DNA from: a virus
Lineage: Duplodnaviria; Caudoviricetes
Direction: 5' to 3' (one strand)
IMG/VR virus record: IMGVR_UViG_2811995030_000001
Location: 32,001-96,000 of that record
DNA length: 64,000 bases
Shown here: in pieces, positions 49,279 through 59,032 of the stretch
Numbering within the stretch: position 1 is the first letter of the stretch
Layout of the letters: each line of letters begins with the position of its first letter
Notes under the pieces: generated by a model
Databases searched by the model: none
What the model saw: the letters and a program-made list of their open reading frames with translations, nothing else
What the model was told of the DNA's origin: nothing
Translations under genes and position numbers: made by a program

Positions 49279-49320
49279 ATAAAGCTAAACAGCCTTATAT
49301 AGAAAGGGGAGTATTTAATT

Positions 49321-49653
49321 ATGATTATAGATTCACCGTTGTTTAAGGATTTTCCTAAAGTTGCTTTAACTGCTGATAATTATGGCTTTACATATGAGGA
49401 TATTTCATACTTGATGGATATAGTTAGGCTTGATCCATATTGCCAACAACGCTATAGAGGTGAAGGCTCTATTGAAATTGCATTAAAGACTATCATATTT
49501 CGTTTAGACCTTAAAAAAGAAGCGTTTTATAATTTTGTATCGACTTTGCAAGCAAAAGACTATGAGGACATGGAACATTTGTCATTCTTAGTGGGGAAAT
49601 ATCATCTTGCTGAATTTGTAGCAATAGTAAATGCTTTAGGCAATGTAAAATGA
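49321..49653 (+). CDS. Hypothetical protein
   Basis: AAGGGGAG RBS. Confidence 0.7.
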   Translation: MIIDSPLFKDFPKVALTADNYGFTYEDISYLMDIVRLDPYCQQRYRGEGSIEIALKTIIFRLDLKKEAFYNFVSTLQAKDYEDMEHLSFLVGKYHLAEFVAIVNALGNVK

Positions 49654-49687
49654 GTCTTTTACACGATAATCAAGGGGGAAATATGTT

Positions 49688-50518
49688 GTGAAGAGTATCT
49701 TAAAGTGGATTCCTATAGTGGGAATCTTATTTTTTGTTGTGGGTTGCTCAGGAAAAGAAGTTCCAAAAGGGTTTAGTGAAGAAAGTTATGATGAATTTGT
49801 AAGTATATATGAAGATTTTCAGAAGGCGAAAGATAAAGAAAAGGAATATCCAACAGATAAATTGGAGTTTATAGATGAATATGCTAAGAAAGAGAAAGAT
49901 GGAGAGTTGACTAAAAAAGAAGCTATGACATTTGGAAATTTAGGGATGTTGGTATTGATCTATAATGTTCCTTTTACAGATGAAGGTTATGAGGAAAATT
50001 TAAGGAAGGTGAATGGTATAGAAGGTGTTTATGCTTCGCAAACTGTAGAAGACTATGAGAAAGAAGTCACCAATCTCTTAGGAATTGAGAATGAATCTTC
50101 AAATTCAGATAAAGGTGAGAAGAAGGAAGAGCCTGTTGAAGAGGAAGTAGCTGAAGATAATGGAGAAACAATTGCGAAAAAAGAACTGTATGCTGTTGCT
50201 TCAAATTTCCTTGAAAATTTACTTGGAGCGCCTGATCGTATAATTCCAGCAGACTATACTAATTCAGTAGTTCAGAAAAGAGAAGACGGCTTATATTATA
50301 TTTCCTCTTCATACACTGTAACAGGAACTGGAGCGCAACCTAATACGTATTATGAATATGAAATGCTTGTAGATGAACAAGGGAACTTTAAAGACGCTTA
50401 TATGCCTAACACAATAGGGAGATATAACCGTCCTATTGTTTATGATAAATTAAAAGCTGCTGGTATGATGACAGAGGAGCTAGAGGCTAAGTCCTATACA
50501 ATACCAATGGTGCAGTAA
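49688..50518 (+). CDS. Lipoprotein
   Basis: Lipobox VVGC after a hydrophobic leader. Confidence 0.8.
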   Translation: MKSILKWIPIVGILFFVVGCSGKEVPKGFSEESYDEFVSIYEDFQKAKDKEKEYPTDKLEFIDEYAKKEKDGELTKKEAMTFGNLGMLVLIYNVPFTDEGYEENLRKVNGIEGVYASQTVEDYEKEVTNLLGIENESSNSDKGEKKEEPVEEEVAEDNGETIAKKELYAVASNFLENLLGAPDRIIPADYTNSVVQKREDGLYYISSSYTVTGTGAQPNTYYEYEMLVDEQGNFKDAYMPNTIGRYNRPIVYDKLKAAGMMTEELEAKSYTIPMVQ

Positions 50519-50546
50519 TAAACTGAATAAGATACAAATTTTAACT

Positions 50547-50577
50547 AGAGATTGCTAATTCAGCAGTCTCTTTTTTA
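50547..50577 (+). terminator. Intrinsic terminator
   Basis: AGAGATTGCT-AATTC-AGCAGTCTCT followed by TTTTT. Confidence 0.7.
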
Positions 50578-50730
50578 TCGGTGAAAATAGTCTCTCAAAC
50601 TTTTTTGCTAAAAATCTGAAAAATTTATAAAAAAGTACTATACAATGTACTATACATTTGGTAATATAAATCTCGTGGGGAAAATACTTCCTTAACAAAA
50701 AAACTCGATAACCGAAAGGGGAAATGATTT

Positions 50731-51507
50731 ATGGAATTTAAGTCTGCAATCTTAACAAAGGTATTAGTTGGTGGAGGAATTTCGCTTGGAGCTTTAGGAT
50801 TACTTTGGACTGGAACTCCTTACCTTGATGGAGCTAAACAATTCATCGACAAAAATGTAGTGGATATTGGTGATTACGAAGAGAACGAAAATAAATTAGT
50901 GGCTTTAATTAACAGCCTAAAGAAAGATGCTGATGCACAAGTTGCTAAAGCTAATGGAATTATCTCTGAGAAGAATGGTTCTATCGCAGGACTTGAAGGG
51001 GATAAGGCGGAATTAGCAAAAGAAATCTCTACTCTTAATCTAGAAAATGCTTCACTTAAAGAAACTTTAGAAAGCACTAAAGCAGAATTAGAAAAAGCAA
51101 ATGCTGATATTGCTGGTAAAGAAGGAGAACTTACAGCTCTACAAGCTGAGCTAGATTCTAAGATTGCTGATTTAGATAAAGCTACAGCACAAATTGCTGA
51201 ATTGACAGCTCAGAATGAAGACCTTAAAGCACAAGTTGCTAAACTTACAGCAGAAAACGCTGATCTTAAAGATACAATCACTTGGGGAGCTGGTAAAGCA
51301 AAACAGGTTGATGAGAATGTAGCTAAAGTTGAAGGCGAAATCAAGAAGGCTAACACAGAGGCTGAAGCTTTAGGAGAAGCTACAGAAGCTGCTGAAGCTC
51401 AAGTTGAAGGCAAAGAGCCTATGACAGACGAGGAAATCGATGCAATTGATACTAATGTAACAGAAGTAGTTGATGGCCAACAGCCAGCAGAACAACCTGC
51501 TCAATAA
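50731..51507 (+). CDS. Membrane-anchored/secreted long coiled-coil protein
   Basis: Hydrophobic N-terminus then about 180 aa of heptads. Confidence 0.8.
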   Translation: MEFKSAILTKVLVGGGISLGALGLLWTGTPYLDGAKQFIDKNVVDIGDYEENENKLVALINSLKKDADAQVAKANGIISEKNGSIAGLEGDKAELAKEISTLNLENASLKETLESTKAELEKANADIAGKEGELTALQAELDSKIADLDKATAQIAELTAQNEDLKAQVAKLTAENADLKDTITWGAGKAKQVDENVAKVEGEIKKANTEAEALGEATEAAEAQVEGKEPMTDEEIDAIDTNVTEVVDGQQPAEQPAQ

Positions 51508-51536
51508 TTAAAGGAAAACAGGTAGCTACCAACCAC

Positions 51537-51761
51537 CTATTTATCCTTATCAGATAAAGCTTCAATAACAGCATCTTTCACAAGTCGCTTTAGTCGGTTG
51601 TCTTGTGAGGATGCTGTTTTTACATTTCTAATAACTATTTCCTGCGTTAAGGAGTCGTAGAATACGTCTACTTCATTCTCTACTCCCATCTCTTTAAGAG
51701 CTTTCTTAGGCAGGTAAACAGCTTTAGAATTGCCAATATCCATTAGTTTCTTACTAGCCAT
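51537..51761 (-). CDS. AbrB/MazE-type DNA-binding protein
   Basis: KLMDIGNSKAVYLPKKALKEMG. Confidence 0.8.
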   Translation of the reverse strand: MASKKLMDIGNSKAVYLPKKALKEMGVENEVDVFYDSLTQEIVIRNVKTASSQDNRLKRLVKDAVIEALSDKDK

Positions 51762-51835
51762 TGATCTTCCTCCTCCATTAAAGTATTCTACATTAAACAG
51801 GCCTTTATGAGCAAATTAAAAAAATATATCAAATA

Positions 51836-51878
51836 AAATAAATTACATGTTGACTTAATTGTTTGTAGGGTGTAATAT
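51836..51878 (+). promoter_or_regulatory. SigA promoter with adjacent AAATAAATTACAT motif
   Basis: TTGACT(51850)-17 bp-TAATAT with TG extension. Confidence 0.65.
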
Positions 51879-52113
51879 GTAATTAAGAACAAAACAACTA
51901 GACAAAACACCTACAAATTACATGAGGTGATAATATGAAAGCGTGGATTGAAGAGTTATTTGAGAATGATCTAAGCTTTAAAGAAGTTCTAGTTTACACT
52001 GTATTTGGTGGATTAATTGTTTTTGGAATGTTTTATGGAGCAGCACTTTTAAACTTTTTACATTAATACATAATATGAATCTAGGAAAAAATTTATTAGA
52101 AGGAGGAGTTTAC

Positions 52114-52287
52114 ATGTCAAGAGTATCTGAAAAGCAAAAAATTGCAATAGGTGGAGCTATTCCATTCAATGGAGACTTCAGAGAACGAATGAAAGTAGTC
52201 AAAGAATTGGAACGGAAATATAGTAAAGTAAGAGTTACATATGATGGCAGTATGGTATTTTGGGACGGAATGCAAGAAGTATATTAA
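52114..52287 (+). CDS. Hypothetical protein
   Basis: AGGAGG RBS. Confidence 0.65.
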   Translation: MSRVSEKQKIAIGGAIPFNGDFRERMKVVKELERKYSKVRVTYDGSMVFWDGMQEVY

Positions 52288-52342
52288 CGAAATAAAATAC
52301 ATAACAATAATTACATGAAATAATAAAATAAAATATAATGAG

Positions 52343-52732
52343 GTGTTTAAAATGTGTGGGGCAACAAAAGTATTATTAACAATTGAAGATACTCTAAAGA
52401 AAGCCAATTCAGAAATCAGAAGATTAACTGATGAATTATCTAAATGTGATCGTGAGTTTTCTAAATTCTATCATGAATTAGAACAAAAAACATTCAACGC
52501 TGTAGAAGGTTATTACATAGCTAAGAATTTTCAAAACTTATCAAGACGTAGAAGAATTATTAAACAAGAACTTGAAGCATACAAGGTTATGCAAAGAGAA
52601 ACGAAGAAATTAGATTTAAGTAGAATTAAAGGAGCTAAGCATGCTCTAAGAAACACAAGAATGAGACAAAGTAAATACATAGCTGATTGGAATATTGAAG
52701 ACTTAAATAACGATGACTTTAAGGTGTATTGA
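52343..52732 (+). CDS. Hypothetical coiled-coil phage protein
   Basis: FYHELE..FNAVEGY...RRRIIKQE. Confidence 0.7.
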   Translation: MFKMCGATKVLLTIEDTLKKANSEIRRLTDELSKCDREFSKFYHELEQKTFNAVEGYYIAKNFQNLSRRRRIIKQELEAYKVMQRETKKLDLSRIKGAKHALRNTRMRQSKYIADWNIEDLNNDDFKVY

Positions 52733-53022
52733 TGATTTGGTTCATTATAGCACTATTTGGAACGTTAGTTGGGTTTGTTGGATTAGGGTTATACCTAACA
52801 ATTGAAGATGAAAAGGAGTACAGAAATGCGACTGAAACGAAAAAAGAAGCGTAAAGACTCCAGTTGGATTGAATGGGTTTTTGAACTACTTGAACCGTTA
52901 TGGTTATTGTTTCAGTGGGTCATCAAATTAATACATAGATATATTTAAACTAAAATTGGAATTTTATATAGAAATAGGGTTTCAAGAATGGCGTTAAATC
53001 AACGTTTCTAGGAGGTGCGAAA

Positions 53023-53241
53023 ATGTTCTTTAGAAAGAAGATAAAGAAAGAAAGCAAAGAGTCATTTTGTCTACATGAATGGCAGCTAGTTGACTACTAT
53101 ACTGATACTTTTAATACAGGTGTAGCTGTAGAAGTAGATGATTATTATAAATTAGGCTGCCCTAAATGCAAAACATACAAATCTGTAGAGGAATATGAGT
53201 TATTTAGAATGAGAGATTTAGGATTGATTAAAGACAACTAA
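53023..53241 (+). CDS. Small Zn-binding protein
   Basis: CLHEW...CPKC; GGAGG RBS. Confidence 0.7.
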   Translation: MFFRKKIKKESKESFCLHEWQLVDYYTDTFNTGVAVEVDDYYKLGCPKCKTYKSVEEYELFRMRDLGLIKDN

Positions 53242-53352
53242 GGAAGTGTACATAATGGAGATTAAAGAAATTTTATTCGTGTTCGGTGGAGGCTTATTTT
53301 TAGGGCTACACTACGGCTATATGTTAGGACGTTATAGAATGGGGAGATGTGA

Positions 53353-53595
53353 ATGAAGCGAGAAACTCTCAACCAAATTAAGAAATTACAAAACAAGAAA
53401 GCAAAGGCACAACAAAAATTAGCAAGCCTTGGAATAAAGAAAGAAATGTTAGATAAGGGATATGAAGTTGGAAGGTTTGTATCAAGGAAGAGCCAAAATT
53501 CACGACTAACAGAACAAATAAATGGATTAAATAGAGAGATAAAATACTACGATGTCAAAATTGGTTTGTTGATTAAGGAGGTTTGTAAGAAATGA
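53353..53595 (+). CDS. Hypothetical protein
   Basis: GGGGAG RBS. Confidence 0.65.
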   Translation: MKRETLNQIKKLQNKKAKAQQKLASLGIKKEMLDKGYEVGRFVSRKSQNSRLTEQINGLNREIKYYDVKIGLLIKEVCKK

Positions 53596-53972
53596 GTATA
53601 CCACAAAAAATTGCAATGCAAGGGGTTAAGGTAGTTGAGGAGTATTTGAGTTATATGAATCGAATAGAAACAGCACAGAAACAATGTAAGGACTGTGCGT
53701 TAAAGATAAAAGAAATAGAGAAGAGAATTAGAAAGCTAGTAGAGGAAAAATATCATTGGTCATACTCTCATTATGAGAGGGATAAGCCAAATTTATTACT
53801 TGTTTCTTATGAACTGGAGGAGCTGGTTAAAGATCATGTTTCCACGACACTTTCTTTCACTGAAGCAGATAATCTCCAACTATCCTTGAGAGAAGAGATG
53901 TATTACAAACGATGGCTTTCAGATTGGGAAATTGAACGAAGAGAACGTATAGGTTCAAAGAAATCACGTTAA
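53592..53972 (+). CDS. Hypothetical protein
   Basis: AAGGAGG RBS; ATGA overlap with the previous gene. Confidence 0.7.
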   Translation: MSIPQKIAMQGVKVVEEYLSYMNRIETAQKQCKDCALKIKEIEKRIRKLVEEKYHWSYSHYERDKPNLLLVSYELEELVKDHVSTTLSFTEADNLQLSLREEMYYKRWLSDWEIERRERIGSKKSR

Positions 53973-54012
53973 AACAGAAATCTTATCGTAATTTAAAATT
54001 AGGAGGAAGCCT

Positions 54013-54465
54013 ATGAAAAGTAGATATAAAAAACACTTAAAGCGTATAGCAGCCAGAACGCCTATAGTTACCTTTTCTCAAAATGAAACAGCAAACAAAG
54101 GAGAAGTTATTGATAAGGCTATTCTAGACAATTATTTTGATAAATTTACAGGATATATTGCTGAACAATGGCAGTTAGAAGAAATGCGATATGAAGATAT
54201 TAAGAAAGGTTTCTATTCAGATGTATTACTCTTTATGAACAATTATTTAACTTGTGGTAATAATGATTATATTTATTTGTTGATACCTACTAGTAAGAAT
54301 AAATATAAAGTTATTGAAAAAGAGCATGTTCCTACATGGCAACGTATTTATTGGGAGAAAGAAGACCCTAATGATGATAGAAGTTGGTGTTATTTTGATG
54401 AAGACACTTATGATCTTTGGGAGTATATGATAAATCAGCTTGATAAACATGTAGAGGCTTTCTAA
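54013..54465 (+). CDS. Hypothetical protein
   Basis: AGGAGG RBS. Confidence 0.75.
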   Translation: MKSRYKKHLKRIAARTPIVTFSQNETANKGEVIDKAILDNYFDKFTGYIAEQWQLEEMRYEDIKKGFYSDVLLFMNNYLTCGNNDYIYLLIPTSKNKYKVIEKEHVPTWQRIYWEKEDPNDDRSWCYFDEDTYDLWEYMINQLDKHVEAF

Positions 54466-54707
54466 GATTTAGGATAAAAGATAGCTTATATCTAGAATTA
54501 AATATTTTTCTTGCAATTAGTTTGAAAATATGCGATAACTAAATTAAATAAATTACATAACTGGATTAAATGAATATTTCTCTTGTAAAAAAATTAAAAA
54601 TAAGATATAATCAAATTAAATAAAATACATATTAAAAATAAATTCCTTTTAGTACAGTATGGAAAGTGTGTATAAAATCAAAATTAGACATTGGGAGGTG
54701 AATATTT

Positions 54708-56153
54708 ATGTCGAATTATATCCTTACACTAAAACTAAGAACTGAAAAGTATCAGGAAGATATATTAAATAAACGTCTAGAGGTTGGAAGGCGTATATAC
54801 AACAGCATACTAGGCGACCTACTTAAACGTTATAATACCCTTAAGCAAAGCAAAGGGTATAGATTAGCTTTAAAAATGCAAAAAGGTAAAGAACGCAATA
54901 AAAAACTTAATGATCTGAATAAAGAATATGGTTTGACTGAATATTTACTTCATACACACATTAAACCGATGCAAAAGAAATTTAAGAAAAACATAGATAG
55001 CTCCACAGCGCAGAAAATTGCTACTAGATGTTTTAGCGCTTTTCAGAAATTGATGCTTCACGAGGCAGACAAATTGAATTTTAAAAAATGTGGAGAGCTA
55101 AACAGTCTAGAGGGAAAATCCAATAAAACAGGAATTAGGTTTAAAAATAACCAATTAGTTTGGAATAAATTAATAATTCCTGTAATTATAAAGAAGAATG
55201 ATATATATGCTCATACTGCATTACAAGATAATATTAAATATTGTCGTGTTGTACGTAAATTAATTGGGGGAAAGTATAAGTTTTATATTCAACTTATACT
55301 AGAAGGAATCCCTCCTAAGAAACATAACAACGAAACTGGTGAAGTTAGGCATGTTAGAAATGAAGGATCAGTTGGAATTGATATTGGCACACAGACGATT
55401 GCTATCTCCTCTCAAAAAGAAGTTAAACTATTAGAGCTTGCGCCAGAAGTGAGTATTATAGAGAAAGAGAAACGTATATTACAGCGTAAGTTGAATAGAC
55501 AACGCAGGGCAAACAATCCTCATAAGTACAATGAAAATGGGCTGATTAAGAGAGGAAATACAGGTAAGTGGATATATAGTAAAAACTATATTAAAACAAA
55601 AAATAAATTAGCTGAGTTACAAAGGAAGATTGCTGCTAAGCGTAAGCAGTCTCATGAGAAATTAGCTAATTACATCCTAACGCTTGGCGATAACATTAAA
55701 GTTGAGCAGATGAACTATCAGGGATTACAGAAGAGAGCAAAAGAAACAACTGTCAATGAGAAGACAGGTCGATTCAATAAAAAGAAAAGGTTTGGGAAGA
55801 GTTTAGAAAATAAAGCACCAGCAATGTTTCTAATAATACTAGATAATAAATTAAAATTTGATAATAAAGAGCTAAGAAAAATTAACACAACCTCATTTAA
55901 AGCAAGTCAATATAATCATTTTACTGATGAGTATGTTAAAAAGAAGTTGTCTGAACGTTGGAATAAATTTGAATGTAGTAAGATTCAGAGAGACTTATAC
56001 AGTGCATATCTGATTATGAACAGTAGATGGAACTTAAAAGAAGCTGATAGAGATTTATGCTTTGATAATTGGAACAGGTTTAAGGAGCTACATGACTTAG
56101 AGATTGAACGATTAAGAAATGAAGATAGAACGATAGCGAGTATGGGAATCTAG
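54708..56153 (+). CDS. tnpB: TnpB-family RNA-guided endonuclease, no adjacent TnpA
   Basis: RuvC I VGIDIG, RuvC II KVEQM, RuvC III QRDLYSA; KRFGKSL...APAMF. Confidence 0.9.
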   Translation: MSNYILTLKLRTEKYQEDILNKRLEVGRRIYNSILGDLLKRYNTLKQSKGYRLALKMQKGKERNKKLNDLNKEYGLTEYLLHTHIKPMQKKFKKNIDSSTAQKIATRCFSAFQKLMLHEADKLNFKKCGELNSLEGKSNKTGIRFKNNQLVWNKLIIPVIIKKNDIYAHTALQDNIKYCRVVRKLIGGKYKFYIQLILEGIPPKKHNNETGEVRHVRNEGSVGIDIGTQTIAISSQKEVKLLELAPEVSIIEKEKRILQRKLNRQRRANNPHKYNENGLIKRGNTGKWIYSKNYIKTKNKLAELQRKIAAKRKQSHEKLANYILTLGDNIKVEQMNYQGLQKRAKETTVNEKTGRFNKKKRFGKSLENKAPAMFLIILDNKLKFDNKELRKINTTSFKASQYNHFTDEYVKKKLSERWNKFECSKIQRDLYSAYLIMNSRWNLKEADRDLCFDNWNRFKELHDLEIERLRNEDRTIASMGI

Positions 56154-56352
56154 GCTATAATAAGGTTTTGACACGAGCCTATAGGACGTTAATTTCAACA
56201 TTGGTTGAATTGTCCATGAAAGTCTTATTGAAATGAATGAGTCTTTACATGTTGTAGCTATTCTTGAAATAGTGAGAGTGTAGAGGAAATTCAATAGTAA
56301 ATAAGAACCTCGCAATAATTGTGAGAGTGTCAGATAACTGGGAGGAATAGGT
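56154..56352 (+). ncRNA. Putative TnpB omega/reRNA scaffold and guide
   Basis: About 180 nt of non-coding tail ending GAACCTCGCAA-TAA-TTGTGAG-AGTGTCA (56332), resembling IS200/605-type right ends. Confidence 0.55.
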
Positions 56353-56379
56353 ACAGAATTATTAAAAGGAGGAATAGAT

Positions 56380-56688
56380 ATGGAATTGTTAAGATTCAGC
56401 AAAAAGGCGTTTAGATATTATTCATTTGAAATCAAGGGTAATGAAGGAGTTTCTTACTTAGAGGCCAGAAAGAAAATGACACGCAATATGTTGCTTGCAT
56501 ATAAGTCTACGGCTGAAGGCTATGAAGGTGATTTATATAAATATGGTTGTCTATGGTTTTTAGTTAAGAATAATAGAATAGTATGGATGAGAAATAAATC
56601 ATATTTTCCTCTTGGATGGAAGAAGGATCATGAGAGATATGAGCAGCTTAATGAAGAGTTGGGAATTAAAACCTTAGTACATACATAA
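56380..56688 (+). CDS. Hypothetical phage protein
   Basis: AGGAGG RBS; ARKKMTRN..YKYGCLWF. Confidence 0.75.
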   Translation: MELLRFSKKAFRYYSFEIKGNEGVSYLEARKKMTRNMLLAYKSTAEGYEGDLYKYGCLWFLVKNNRIVWMRNKSYFPLGWKKDHERYEQLNEELGIKTLVHT

Positions 56689-56732
56689 TAAAAATAAAAT
56701 ACAAAACAGGTGATTAAAAGGAGTGTGAGCAG

Positions 56733-57008
56733 ATGTATGGTATAAAATACAATCAAAGAGATATTCAAGAGAGATTGAGCTATGAAATTAACTATAAAAA
56801 AACTTTAGAGGATAAGATTGCTCTAATGCAAAAAGATAGGCTTAGAGTACAAAATGACGAAACTAAGACAATCATTGATGGAGCGATTAAGGATATTGAG
56901 AATCGTATGAGTAAATCTGTAAAATACATAGAGCTTTATAGCAACTTGATTGAGGAATTTATCATAGGAAAAAGGAAGATTGCTAGCTATTACGATATTT
57001 TTAAGTAA
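56733..57008 (+). CDS. Hypothetical protein
   Basis: AAGGAG RBS. Confidence 0.7.
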   Translation: MYGIKYNQRDIQERLSYEINYKKTLEDKIALMQKDRLRVQNDETKTIIDGAIKDIENRMSKSVKYIELYSNLIEEFIIGKRKIASYYDIFK

Positions 57009-57046
57009 ATCATTCAACTTACTTTAAATTCTGAAGGAGAAAAAAT

Positions 57047-57286
57047 ATGAAAGCTTTTGAGGTACATTATCAAACACCAAGGAAGTCTACGATGGTGATT
57101 ATTTTATCTAAAACAGAAGAAGGTATTGAAAATAATTTAATTGATAGAGATGCTGAATATAAAAAATATAAGGGGAAAGTTGCAACTTGTAAAATCAACT
57201 CTCATAAGGAAATTCCTTTATCTAATGTTTTAGTTAGTCACCTATCTGTTGTTGATTTAATGAAGCTTTTAAAGGAGGAGAAATAA
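57047..57286 (+). CDS. Hypothetical protein
   Basis: AAGGAG RBS. Confidence 0.7.
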   Translation: MKAFEVHYQTPRKSTMVIILSKTEEGIENNLIDRDAEYKKYKGKVATCKINSHKEIPLSNVLVSHLSVVDLMKLLKEEK

Positions 57287-57411
57287 ATGGAAAAGAGAAT
57301 TGAATTTAAAAATGGTAGTGTAATTGAGGCTCATGATACTAAAGAAAGCATCAGAGGTAAACGCAGCAACTTTATTGAGTGGAAAGAAAAAGAAAATAAA
57401 GAGGTGAATAA

Positions 57412-57750
57412 ATGAAAAATAATTCTTTAGAATTGAATATTATCAACGATTACACGTTTGATATTGTGCCCAATGAAAAAGGAGAAATGCTCATTTACTT
57501 CAAAGTTGAAGATAAAGAATGTATTCTTCCTGTATCTCAATTGGACTTAAAGAATATGGTATGGTGCTCAGAGCAGGCATTAGATGAACCAAGTGGTTTT
57601 ACTTTGTATGAGTCAGATATAGAAGAAATGGTATCAGCTCCAGCAAGTAAGATTCCTGATTTGAAATTGGTACATGATGTAGACTTAACAGAGGAAGAAA
57701 GGATTGAGAAAGCTAGGCGCATTCTAGCCTCTCGAAAGGGAGGAATGTGA
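57412..57750 (+). CDS. Hypothetical protein
   Basis: GAGGTG RBS. Confidence 0.7.
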   Translation: MKNNSLELNIINDYTFDIVPNEKGEMLIYFKVEDKECILPVSQLDLKNMVWCSEQALDEPSGFTLYESDIEEMVSAPASKIPDLKLVHDVDLTEEERIEKARRILASRKGGM

Positions 57751-57753
57751 TGA

Positions 57754-58197
57754 ATGACAGTAGCAGTTACAACAGATCAACGAGATATGCTAATAAACAA
57801 AATTAAATTATACATAAAATGGCCTATAAGCATATTTAACAGCTTTGATACAGATGAGCTACATAACTTATATACATACATAAATGAAGGCTACACAGTG
57901 CATAAAGCAAAGGTTAGAGGTAATACAAGATCAATTACATTAAGGCTTCCTAAAGCAGTCACAGAAGAATTAGGGCTTACATATGGTGACAGGTTTAATC
58001 TAAAAGGTAATACTAGTCGAATGGTAATTTTAGAACCATACATATCAGGTAAATTGAAACTAGGTACAAGTAACACAATCAACTTTCCAGCATTGTTAGC
58101 AGCTAAACAATTACTAAAACCAGCAGATGACACTTTGATTGTAGTTAAGGATGGTCGAATATTCCTTAAGTCATTTACTTATATGCAAAGGTATTAA
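57754..58197 (+). CDS. Protein with tandem AbrB-like domains
   Basis: SITLRLPKAVTEELGLTYGD and NTINFPALL..LKPADD. Confidence 0.65.
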   Translation: MTVAVTTDQRDMLINKIKLYIKWPISIFNSFDTDELHNLYTYINEGYTVHKAKVRGNTRSITLRLPKAVTEELGLTYGDRFNLKGNTSRMVILEPYISGKLKLGTSNTINFPALLAAKQLLKPADDTLIVVKDGRIFLKSFTYMQRY

Positions 58198-58224
58198 GTA
58201 AATCAATTAGAGAGGTGATGAAAA

Positions 58225-58677
58225 TTGAATATTATTTATGATGATTATGAAGGAGATCAATTAAGTTTAATCTTAGCATTTAATGAACCTCAAGAGTTAT
58301 TTATAGGCCACTTAGAAACGCCCATGACATCAGATTCATTAGTTAAATGCCTAGAGTGGGAGAAGGGAATAACACATAATCTAATTTGCTTAAGTGATGA
58401 TTTAGAGCCACAGTCAATTAAACATTCAATGATTAATGAAGTTGTACCAGTTAAATCAATACTAGAAGAAGTTGAGAAGGAATTAGAATATAAAATCAAA
58501 TACAATTACTGGTTAAATGAAGTTAAATCTTATAGTTTTCATGAAGTCTTACATACGTTGTTGGGGATTTCCTTACTTAAAGATAAAAGAATGCAGCTAT
58601 TTACAGCAAAAGAAGTTGTTAGGGAACACTTTAGAAAGGTAATAGATACTGAAGTAAATAAAAAATGTGCTAAATGA
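58225..58677 (+). CDS. Hypothetical protein
   Basis: GAGGTG RBS. Confidence 0.7.
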   Translation: MNIIYDDYEGDQLSLILAFNEPQELFIGHLETPMTSDSLVKCLEWEKGITHNLICLSDDLEPQSIKHSMINEVVPVKSILEEVEKELEYKIKYNYWLNEVKSYSFHEVLHTLLGISLLKDKRMQLFTAKEVVREHFRKVIDTEVNKKCAK

Positions 58678-58856
58678 TAAAGGAGGAATACATAATGAAG
58701 GTTGATTATGGGATTGAGGTGTTAAGGCAGGCAAAAAGTAGCGCAGAATACATATTAAGAACTCATTGTTATGATAGTGAATCAGAGAAGGAATTAATGA
58801 TCCAGTTAGAACAGCTTGAAGCAAGTATTAAAAAATTAGGAGGAGATGAAAAATGA
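58674..58856 (+). CDS. Hypothetical protein
   Basis: AGGAGG RBS before the internal MKVD. Confidence 0.6.
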   Translation: MIKEEYIMKVDYGIEVLRQAKSSAEYILRTHCYDSESEKELMIQLEQLEASIKKLGGDEK

Positions 58857-59032
58857 GCCAGCACAATATTTTATTTAGTATCACTGAGGACAGTAGAGAT
58901 GGCGTTAACTTTCAAGTAAAGGGAAATGAAGTCAAATTTATTCTTGAACATAAAGAAGATGTTTTAGCAGTGATGGAGAGATTACAAAAAGCTTTGATTA
59001 ATGAAACTTATCCTTTCACACGATTCAAATAA
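58853..59032 (+). CDS. Hypothetical protein (59 aa), not in the ORF track
   Basis: AGGAGGAG RBS; MSQHNILFSITEDSRDG... Confidence 0.65.
   Translation: MSQHNILFSITEDSRDGVNFQVKGNEVKFILEHKEDVLAVMERLQKALINETYPFTRFK

Noticed and set aside
39580-49300. Weaker palindrome-like junctions at 39580, 41282, 41589, 43061 and 49282
   Set aside because: Too degenerate to count as members of the TAAAA-N6-TTTTA family by eye.
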